Part shown: positions 57,349 to 64,000 of the stretch, one piece after another
How positions within the stretch are numbered: the first letter of the stretch is position 1
How the letters are laid out: each line of letters starts with the position of its first letter
DNA from: Myxococcales bacterium
Lineage (GTDB): Bacteria > Myxococcota_A > Polyangia > Polyangiales > Polyangiaceae
DNA: 64,000 bases
Assembly (NCBI GenBank): GCA_016703425.1
Contig: JADJCA010000011.1
Span: 58,050 to 122,049, forward strand
Reading direction: 5' to 3'
Position numbers and translations under genes: made by a program
Notes under the pieces: generated by a model
The model's input: the letters and a program-made list of their open reading frames with translations, nothing else
What the model was told of the DNA's origin: nothing
Database searches by the model: none

Positions 57349-58890
57349 ATGGACGCCGCTGGCACGCCCACCAAGTCTGAGCCGCCGTACCGGCGCCTTG
57401 GAAAGTACGAGGTGTTTGGAGCGTTCGCGCAGGGCGGCATGGCGTCGGTCCACGTCGCGCGCATACGAGGCCCCTCCGGCTTCGCGAAGCTCGTGGCCGT
57501 CAAGGAGGTGAACCGGGCCTTCGCCGCGAGCGCGCGGCACGCGAAGATGCTCCTCGCCGAAGCCCGCCTCGGCGCGCGGATTCGAAGCCCCTACGCGATT
57601 CCCATCCTCGACGTCGTGCAAGAGGGCGATCAGCTTTGCATCGTCATGGAGCTCGTGCGCGGCGTATCGCTGAACGAGCTCATCCTGGCGGCGTCGGCGC
57701 GCCGCACGCGGATCGCCCCGGCCATCGTGTCGGCGATGCTCTCGGACGCCCTCCGCGGCCTTCACGCGGCGCACGAAGCGACGGGCGAGAACGGCCGCCC
57801 GCTGCAGATCATCCACCGCGATGTATCGCCGCAGAACTTGCTCGTGGGCGCCGACGGCATGACGCGCGTGCTCGACTTCGGCGTGGCCAAGGGCCTCGGC
57901 TCCGAGGGTGTTTCTCAAGTCGGCGAGGTCAAAGGAAAGATCGGCTACATGCCGCCAGAGCAGCTCACCGGCCACGTGACGCGGCAGTCGGACATCTACG
58001 CGGCGGGCGTCGTCTTGTGGGAGGCGCTCGTGGCGGCTCGGCTGCGCAAGAAGGCTGAGAAGTCGGCCATCGCGGCGATCGTGCAGACGGAGGCGATCGC
58101 GCCGAGCGCTGCCGGCGCCGAGGTCTCTGTGGCCGTCGACGACGTCGTGATGACCGCGCTCTCGCAAGACCCGAAGCGGCGCTTCGGCACCGCCGAGGCG
58201 ATGGCCATCGCGCTCGAAGAGGCGTGTCCCCCCGCGTCCCGCGACGAGGTCGCCCGACTCGTCGAAGATTATGGCTTTGAGTCGCTCCAGAAGCTCGACG
58301 AGCTCACCCGCGCGTGCGAGTCCGCGTCGGTCGGTGACGCGGTGCGCGAAGCGGTCGCGGCGCCCAGCGCCGAGGCCGACGCCGCGGCCACGACGGCGGT
58401 GGTGCGGCGCTCGCCACCGTGGCTTTGGCCCGCCGTCCCCGTCGTGGCCCTCGCGTTCATCGGCAGCGCGCTTGTCGCGAAGTCGCAACGGGCAGCGCCA
58501 CCTCGCGCCACGGAGTCGCGGCCCACGGAATCGATGCCCGTCGTCACGGCGCTAGCTCTTCCGGTGGGCGACGCCGACGGTGCGGCCCCCGCCGCCCGCT
58601 CCTTCGTCACCGATGCGGGCACCGATGCCTTCGGCTTCCGCGACCACCCCTGCGAGCGCGTCGCCGCCAGCGACGCTCCCAACGGCGCCGCCCAGCAGGG
58701 GCGTCGTGCGCCCCGCTCCGGTGGTGAAGCCCAGCTGTTCGCCGCCCTTCGAGTACGACGCGAACGGACGCAAGCGGTACAAGCGCGAGTGCTTTCCGTA
58801 AGGCGCGGCCGCGCATGCGCGATTCCTGCCTCCGCAACGGCCGGTCGCGCGCCTGCGAACGAACCCTTCGCGAAGGGGCCAAGGCCTTGA
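57349..58890 (+). CDS. Ser/Thr protein kinase with a TM helix and extracytoplasmic C-terminal region. C-terminal frame uncertain.
   Basis: Trimmed to ATG 57349. Kinase motifs VAVK, HRDVSPQNLL, DFG, GYMPPE. TM helix WLWPAVPVVALAFIGSALV. An alternative frame (58580-58801) is also coding-like at the 3' end. Confidence 0.7.
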   Translation: MDAAGTPTKSEPPYRRLGKYEVFGAFAQGGMASVHVARIRGPSGFAKLVAVKEVNRAFAASARHAKMLLAEARLGARIRSPYAIPILDVVQEGDQLCIVMELVRGVSLNELILAASARRTRIAPAIVSAMLSDALRGLHAAHEATGENGRPLQIIHRDVSPQNLLVGADGMTRVLDFGVAKGLGSEGVSQVGEVKGKIGYMPPEQLTGHVTRQSDIYAAGVVLWEALVAARLRKKAEKSAIAAIVQTEAIAPSAAGAEVSVAVDDVVMTALSQDPKRRFGTAEAMAIALEEACPPASRDEVARLVEDYGFESLQKLDELTRACESASVGDAVREAVAAPSAEADAAATTAVVRRSPPWLWPAVPVVALAFIGSALVAKSQRAAPPRATESRPTESMPVVTALALPVGDADGAAPAARSFVTDAGTDAFGFRDHPCERVAASDAPNGAAQQGRRAPRSGGEAQLFAALRVRRERTQAVQARVLSVRRGRACAIPASATAGRAPANEPFAKGPRP

Positions 58891-58948
58891 TTGCCTTGGC
58901 AAGGGCCCGTGGCACGCCCCCTGCTCTATCGCTTGGCGGAGGTTCCGC

Positions 58949-59860
58949 ATGCCCCGCACTTCTCTCGCCGCGATCCGCAACACGCTCTCTCCCGCAACCC
59001 TCGACGCCGTGCACGGCGGGGACGAAGGCTTCGAATACGAAGACCCCAGCTACGGGTCCTACGCCGACTACCGCGACTACGGCCCGGTGGCCGAGCCGGT
59101 GATGGACGTCGCGCCGGCTGAGGTCCCCTACGAGTCCTACGAGCCTGTCGCTCTCGAGACGGCTTCCTTCGCCGAGGCAACGGAGCCCGCGCTCTCGCAT
59201 GAGGTGCACGACGCGTTGCCGATGCCGGCGCACGACACGCCCCTTTCGGACGCGGGCCTCGACCCGGCCCACTGGCGCAGCGATGCGTCGCACGGCGTGG
59301 ACCCGAGCCCGACGGAGGACGCGGTCCGCCGCGCCTACGAGCTGACCGGCGGGCACCTCCCGCAAAATGCGAGCGGCGAGCAAGTCGCGCAACTTCGCAC
59401 GTACCTCAAGTCGCTGGACGCGGACACGCGCCAGGCCGTCACGCAAGCCTTCGACGCACGACGAGGCGCGGAGGTGGATCAAGCGCTGAGCGAGGCTGCG
59501 AAGGACGTCAGCATCAAGGGCAACGTCGACATTGGGCCCGTCCGGTTCGAAGGATCCTTGCAACCCGCCGAGGGAAAGTTTGGCTACGCAGTGAAGGCGG
59601 TGCCGGTCACCCTCGCGAGCGCCAGCGTTGGCGGGTTGAGATTCGACCTGCGGGTCGACGGCGGCGCAAGCAGCAGCACGGGAGCCACCTACAACGTGAT
59701 CGGCGCCGCGCAGGCGGGCCCCATCAAGGCCGGAGGGCAGTTCACAGCAAGCGAAGCCGGCGCGAGCCTGAAGCCCTTCGTTCAAGCGAACGGCGACGTT
59801 CCCCTCGCATCGTTCGGTTGGGCCGGTTTCGCGGCGGGTGTGTCGGTCAAGTACAAGTGA
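58949..59860 (+). CDS. hypothetical protein (acidic Tyr-rich N-terminus, Gly/Ala-rich C-terminus)
   Basis: High GC3. No recognised motifs. Confidence 0.45.
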   Translation: MPRTSLAAIRNTLSPATLDAVHGGDEGFEYEDPSYGSYADYRDYGPVAEPVMDVAPAEVPYESYEPVALETASFAEATEPALSHEVHDALPMPAHDTPLSDAGLDPAHWRSDASHGVDPSPTEDAVRRAYELTGGHLPQNASGEQVAQLRTYLKSLDADTRQAVTQAFDARRGAEVDQALSEAAKDVSIKGNVDIGPVRFEGSLQPAEGKFGYAVKAVPVTLASASVGGLRFDLRVDGGASSSTGATYNVIGAAQAGPIKAGGQFTASEAGASLKPFVQANGDVPLASFGWAGFAAGVSVKYK

Positions 59861-59873
59861 GGCGGTGAAGTCG

Positions 59874-60883
59874 TCAGTCGAGCCCGACGGCGAGCTGACA
59901 GGCGCGCGTAACCGAGATGGTGATGCGACTCGGTGAGGTCGCCGGGTAGACGGATTGCCCCGGATAGTCGGGAAGTCCGGCGGGCGGCTCCGCGGATCCT
60001 GCCGTGGTGATCCGGTAGTCGCCGGCGTGACCCGTGAAGGGATAGACCGCGGGGATGTTGGCCGTCTGGTTCGCGACGAGACCGTACGGGAGCGAGATCG
60101 ACGCGCCACCGCTCCCTTGAGGAGACGCCAACGTCATCTTCATGCTCACGCCGCGCGACGAGAAGTTCTTCACCTGAGAATTGGTGTTGAACGTGCCCGC
60201 GCAACCGTTGGCGGTGGCGACGCTGGCCGAGAGGATCTTCACGACCGCATCCCCAGGCATCCCGGGGACCGAGCCGGCTCCCGGCGGGCTCGGCATGTTG
60301 AGCCCTGGCGCGATACCACCAGAGGAGGAGTTGGACGGCGGGGGTGGCGGCGGCGGGTCAGCGGCGGCCGCGACCTCGTGTTTCGCGACGGCGCTAAAAG
60401 AGCAGGACGGCACCGTCTTCGCGGTCTTCGTGGGACCGTTGGCGATGTGGAGCGAGAACCGAGTGGGTGAACATCCATCGACGAGGCCGTGAGCGTCACC
60501 ACGACGACCGTCCGCGTGCCGTTGGCCGGGAGGTCGACAGGAAACACACCGAGCGACTTCTCGCCGGAGGTACCCGGCATCCGCTTGACCGAGAGCTGAG
60601 TCGACACCTGCGTCGCCGACGGATTCGAGATGCGAACGGCGTAGTAGATGGGACCGGTGCTATAGGCTCCCGTTCCGTTCGTTCGCTCGAATGAGACGAA
60701 CTGAAGGAGCACGCTCGGGTCGACCGTCGGCTTCGTGACCGAAACCGGCTTGGGCCTCGCGCCGGCCGCTTGAGGCGCCGTCCCCGTCGTCGGCGCAGCG
60801 GTGGGGGCCGCGAGCGCAGGAGAGGCGAGAACGCCGACAGTCAAAGAGAGGACACCGGCGACGCAAACACGAAAAGGGTCCAA
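59874..60883 (-). pseudogene. secreted protein split across two frames (frame change near 60450-60475). Either a frameshifted pseudogene or a sequencing indel.
   Basis: Frame A (60883 to about 60430) has a good signal peptide (MDPFRVCVAGVLSLTVGVLASPALA) and then decays to low GC3. Frame B is coding-like from about 60470 down to the stop at 59874. Confidence 0.4.
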
Positions 60884-61039
60884 CGAAACCTCCGCAGTGC
60901 GAAGTCTTTGACGGACTTCAAGTCGGTTTGATTCAAAACAGGCAACACCAACGAGGATACGGCGCCGCCGAGGGCGCGCATCTTTCGCCCTCGCTCTCCT
61001 GTACCGCTTCGGGGCATCCCGTCGACCCGAAATCGGCGC

Positions 61040-63193
61040 TCACGACTTCTTCTGAGTCACGACGGCGTCGATCGCCTCTCGCAGCGCCAGCATCGTGAAG
61101 GGCTTGGGGATGAACACCATCGGCGCGCCCGTGCGCAACAGCGGAGGCGCGTCCACGTGGCCGCTGATCATGACCACCGGAAGCAGGAGGCCGCGCGCGT
61201 CCACGGCCCTGACCAGCTCAACGCCGCTGATCTCGGGCATGGCAACGTCGGTGACGAGCAATCCAAACGACTCTCTCGCGAGGAGGTCGAGCGCCTCCGC
61301 TCCGCTCGCCACGGCGACGACCTCGTGACCAAGACGCTCCAAGAGGCGGCTCACGGAAATACGCACCAGGTCGTGGTCGTCCGAGAGGAGCACGCGAAGC
61401 CGCTGCGCCTTGACGGTGACCGGCGAGGCCGTCGCCGGCTCCTTCGCCGAGGCCCCGTCGGAGATGGGCAACCGAACGGTGAGGGTCGTGCCGGCGCCTG
61501 GTGAGCTCTGGATCTCGGCTCGGCCTCCGAAGCGGTGCGCGATGTCCGAGACCGTCGCGAGGCCGAGTCCCGTTCCCTCGGGTTTGGTCGTGAAGAATGG
61601 ATCGAAGACCTTGCGGCACGTGGCGTCATCCATGCCCACACCGGTGTCTTGAACGCTAAAGCGCGCCTCGTTGCCCTGACGAGCCACGACGAGCACGATG
61701 CGCCCTCCTTCGGGCATCGCCTCTTGAGCGTTGACGACGAGGTTGAGGACGATCTGCTCAAAGCTGCCCCGGGCGATATCGACAAAGAGGGGCTCCTTCG
61801 GCAGCTCCGTCTCGAGCATGATGGCGTCGCCTACGAGTCGACGGAGCGACGGCGCGAAGGCTGCGATCAGCTCGACGAGGTCGAGGCGCTCGGGCTGCGC
61901 CACCTGCTTGCGACTAAAGGCGAGGAGCTGGCGCGTCAGCAGCGTCGCGCGCTCGCACGCGTGGTCAAGACCATCGAGCAACTCACCGTCGACGTGCCCC
62001 GCGTGCCGGTGACGCAGCTCCTCCGACGTCGCCATCATGACGGAGAGCAGGTTGTTGAAGTCATGCGCAACACCCGTGGCGAGACGCCCCACGACCTCGA
62101 GCTTTTGCGCGCGCTCGGCGCGCTCGTTGGCGGAATCGCGCTCAAGGACGCTGCCGACGATGCCGGCCGCCGTGACGAGGAGCTGGAGGTCCGCCCCGGA
62201 GAAGACCCGCGGCGCGTCCGTCAAGATGCCGATGGCAGCGCGGAGCCCCGAGCGCCCCTGGACGCCAAGGACGCCGCCGCCACGGCTCGCCGAGCCGAGC
62301 GAATCGAGGATCGCGCGGCCGAGCTCGTCCTCGGAGCCGAGGAGGCGACCCGGCTCGGCCATGATCGCGACGGCCCGCGCCGGGACCTCTAGGTTCGTGG
62401 GCGGCACGAAGCCGACGGCCTCGATGACGCGAGCCGCCCCTCCTTCGCCGATGGCGAGCAGAAACGCCGTGTCGGCGCCGAGCGTGTCCTTCAGCAAGGT
62501 CAGCGTTTCGCGGAAGAACACGTCGGTCCCCGTCGCCGAGAGGGCACGCTCGGCGACCTCCGTCAACGCGCCGGCGAAGTGCGCGCGCGTCTCGTTGTCC
62601 TGTTGCGTCGCACGGAGCCGGTGGAGCGCCTCCGTCGAACGACGCGCCTCCGCGTCGATGCTGCGAACGGCCATGTGGTGCAGCAGCGCCGCGAGGATGA
62701 GCGTGACGGTGATGGCTATCCACGCGTTGGTGACGGTCACGGGCGCGAGGCTTGGCGGGAGGCGCCCCGAAACCTCGGCCCATCCAGCCATGCCACACAC
62801 GGCCGCCGCGAGGCCTGCCACCCAGATGGCCACACGACCACCAAGGGACGTGCCCGCCACCATCACGACGAGAATGAAGGCAACGGCGTTGTTGCCCATG
62901 AGACCCCCGAACACGAACACGACGGTGCTCACGAGGACAAAGAGCGCCACGGTGAGGACCCACGCCGCGTGCCGCGCACGGCCCGAACGAATGAGGGCTT
63001 GGCAGACGCCGAGCGCCGCGAAGATCGGCAAGAAGGTGCCGAGCACCATCGAAGCCGGGTTCTCCGCTTGAGCGAAGGAGACCGCGCAGGCACCCGCGGC
63101 GCCAACGAACGTGACGCGCACAATGCGCGCCACGAGCGCGTCTCCGCCGCGCTGGTGCTCCGTGTCGACCACGCGAAACGCCTCCGTTGCCAC
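61040..63193 (-). CDS. hybrid sensor histidine kinase (multi-TM sensor, GAF-like, HisKA, HATPase_c, C-terminal receiver)
   Basis: H-box GVAHDFNNLL. HATPase N/G boxes (NLVVNAQEAM, DTGVGMD, GTGLGLA). C-terminal REC (VLLSDDHDL...LLVTDVAMPEISG...PKPF). Exact start uncertain. Confidence 0.8.
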   Translation of the reverse strand: MATEAFRVVDTEHQRGGDALVARIVRVTFVGAAGACAVSFAQAENPASMVLGTFLPIFAALGVCQALIRSGRARHAAWVLTVALFVLVSTVVFVFGGLMGNNAVAFILVVMVAGTSLGGRVAIWVAGLAAAVCGMAGWAEVSGRLPPSLAPVTVTNAWIAITVTLILAALLHHMAVRSIDAEARRSTEALHRLRATQQDNETRAHFAGALTEVAERALSATGTDVFFRETLTLLKDTLGADTAFLLAIGEGGAARVIEAVGFVPPTNLEVPARAVAIMAEPGRLLGSEDELGRAILDSLGSASRGGGVLGVQGRSGLRAAIGILTDAPRVFSGADLQLLVTAAGIVGSVLERDSANERAERAQKLEVVGRLATGVAHDFNNLLSVMMATSEELRHRHAGHVDGELLDGLDHACERATLLTRQLLAFSRKQVAQPERLDLVELIAAFAPSLRRLVGDAIMLETELPKEPLFVDIARGSFEQIVLNLVVNAQEAMPEGGRIVLVVARQGNEARFSVQDTGVGMDDATCRKVFDPFFTTKPEGTGLGLATVSDIAHRFGGRAEIQSSPGAGTTLTVRLPISDGASAKEPATASPVTVKAQRLRVLLSDDHDLVRISVSRLLERLGHEVVAVASGAEALDLLARESFGLLVTDVAMPEISGVELVRAVDARGLLLPVVMISGHVDAPPLLRTGAPMVFIPKPFTMLALREAIDAVVTQKKS

Positions 63194-63345
63194 GGCTAGA
63201 GCCCCCCTCGGTGATGAAACGGCCGTTCGGCGGCGCGAGCAAGACCTTCGACGCGCTCGCGGCCTTCGGACGCGCCGATCCTAACGGGCACCTTCGTAGA
63301 ATTTCGTGAAGAAAGCGCGTACGCTCCGCGGTGCCAACATGGCAC

Positions 63346-63432
63346 GGAGGGGTGTCCGAGTGGTCTAAGGAACCGGTTTTGAAAACCGGCGATGGGGTAA
63401 CCCATCCAAGAGTTCGAATCTCTTCCCCTCCG
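63346..63432 (+). tRNA. tRNA-Ser (anticodon UGA), type II with long variable arm
   Basis: GGAGGGG acceptor stem paired with CCCCTCC. D-arm TCCGAGTGGTCTAAGGAAC. Anticodon stem CCGGT/ACCGG with loop TTTGAAA (U33, UGA, A37). 18-nt variable arm. T-arm AAGAGTTCGAATCTCTT. Discriminator G. No encoded CCA. Confidence 0.9.
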
Positions 63433-63453
63433 CAAATCGCCTCCGCAAATCGC
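63428..63453 (+). repeat. perfect 13-bp tandem direct repeat (ctccgcaaatcgc x2). The first copy overlaps the last 5 nt of tRNA-Ser.
   Basis: Read directly from the sequence. Cross-checked against the frame of track ORF 63331-63585. Confidence 0.85.
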
Positions 63454-63616
63454 CGGTCGGCGGGGCCACCACACTTCGGTAGCGCCGCGACCGCAACCCC
63501 ACACAACGCAAGCACGCCGGCGGCGCCGCTCGGTCGACGCGTGCCCTCGTGGGCGGCAGGGCCAGAAGTCGGTGCCAGTCGATGACGCACAAGGCCGCAC
63601 CTGCTACGAGCGCTCC

Positions 63617-64000
63617 GTGGCACTCCTTCGCGGCTCGCTCACCTACGCTCGCTACTTCGTCGCCGGCGAACTGCCCGACGATTTTCGCGACCGCTTCATG
63701 CGCTCGATTCGCCATCGCGTCATGAAGCCGCTCGAGCCCGACGACCAAGATCTCGAACGCTCCGGCTGGTGCCAGGTCGGCGACGGCAACGGCCTCGAAC
63801 TCGCCTACAGCGACGTCTTCTGGAACGAGTACATCAACCTCGGCATGCGCACCGATCGCTGGGCCATCCCCGGCGCGATGCTCCGCGCGAAGCTCAAGGA
63901 AGCGGAAGCCGCCTTGCTCGAGAAGCAGGGCCGCGAGCGGCTCTCGCGAAAAGAGAAGAGCGAGCTCAAAGAGTTCGTGGCGCGGCGCCTCCGCCACAAG
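63617..64000 (+). CDS. rdgC: recombination-associated protein RdgC, 3'-partial (continues beyond window)
   Basis: N-terminal RdgC-like region. IPGAMLRAKLKEAEAALLEKQGRERLSRKEKSELKEFV parallels E. coli RdgC [38 protein letters not shown] as I recall it. Start GTG 63617 (alternative GTG 63572). No stop before the window end. Confidence 0.55.
   Translation, partial: MALLRGSLTYARYFVAGELPDDFRDRFMRSIRHRVMKPLEPDDQDLERSGWCQVGDGNGLELAYSDVFWNEYINLGMRTDRWAIPGAMLRAKLKEAEAALLEKQGRERLSRKEKSELKEFVARRLRHK

Noticed and set aside
63365-63997. 210-aa minus-strand ORF overlapping tRNA-Ser and the rdgC start
   Set aside because: It overlaps a well-folded tRNA and is antisense to rdgC, whose frame shows conserved RdgC N-terminal similarity.

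Overview
Very GC-rich chromosomal window. Real genes show near-saturated G/C at codon position 3, which I used to trim the many spurious antisense and extended ORFs in the six-frame track. The gene content points to a myxobacterium (Myxococcota): an unmistakable mglB-mglA pair (MglA is nearly identical to the Myxococcus xanthus protein as I recall it), many lipoproteins, Ser/Thr kinases, FHA and sigma-54 regulators, and GGDEF proteins.

Main blocks, in order:
- 1-6.5 kb: partial hypothetical gene, a GT-C family glycosyltransferase carrying a (GACCTC)10 coding microsatellite, a class D beta-lactamase-like lipoprotein, a two-domain PPK2, and a lipoprotein.
- 6.9-8.1 kb: mglBA with a downstream intrinsic terminator.
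- 8.2-13.9 kb: small basic ORF, queD, a BFD-like 2Fe-2S protein, a very large hybrid histidine kinase whose C-terminal Hpt domain is in another frame, and a translationally coupled REC-GGDEF diguanylate cyclase.
- 13.9-29.1 kb (all minus strand): an 11-gene Pil-Chp-like chemosensory operon. It comprises CheW, a hypothetical protein, REC-PATAN-pseudoREC, CheY, a Gly/Ser-rich CheW, a PilJ-like MCP, a ChpA-like CheA with five Hpt domains plus a C-terminal REC, CheW, REC-PATAN and a Ser/Thr kinase. It contains no CheR or CheB.
- 29.4-35.5 kb: LivJ-type substrate-binding lipoprotein, an OprO/P-like porin with a long leader, an FHA-GGDEF protein, and ctaA.
- 35.8-45.4 kb: a dense multiheme c-type cytochrome island. 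It contains an NrfH/NapC-like tetraheme, a beta-rich secreted protein, a 13-heme lipoprotein, a ~27-heme protein, a convergent 13-heme protein, a collagen-like 6-heme lipoprotein and a Cys-rich lipoprotein. That is roughly 63 heme-binding motifs, and I interpret it as a porin-cytochrome-like electron conduit.
- 46.5-51.1 kb: pstSCAB-phoU with a candidate Pho box.
- 51-63 kb: lipoproteins, a Gly-rich lipoprotein, an FHA-sigma-54 activator, a PEGA-like protein, a second Ser/Thr kinase and a hybrid sensor kinase.
- 63.3-64.0 kb: tRNA-Ser(UGA) with a tandem duplication of its 3' end, then the start of rdgC.

I detected no CRISPR array, transposase or rRNA gene. Three genes show apparent frame discontinuities (the HK/Hpt junction, the C-terminus of the 57349 kinase, and the secreted protein at 59874-60883). 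These may be draft-assembly indels or genuine disruptions.
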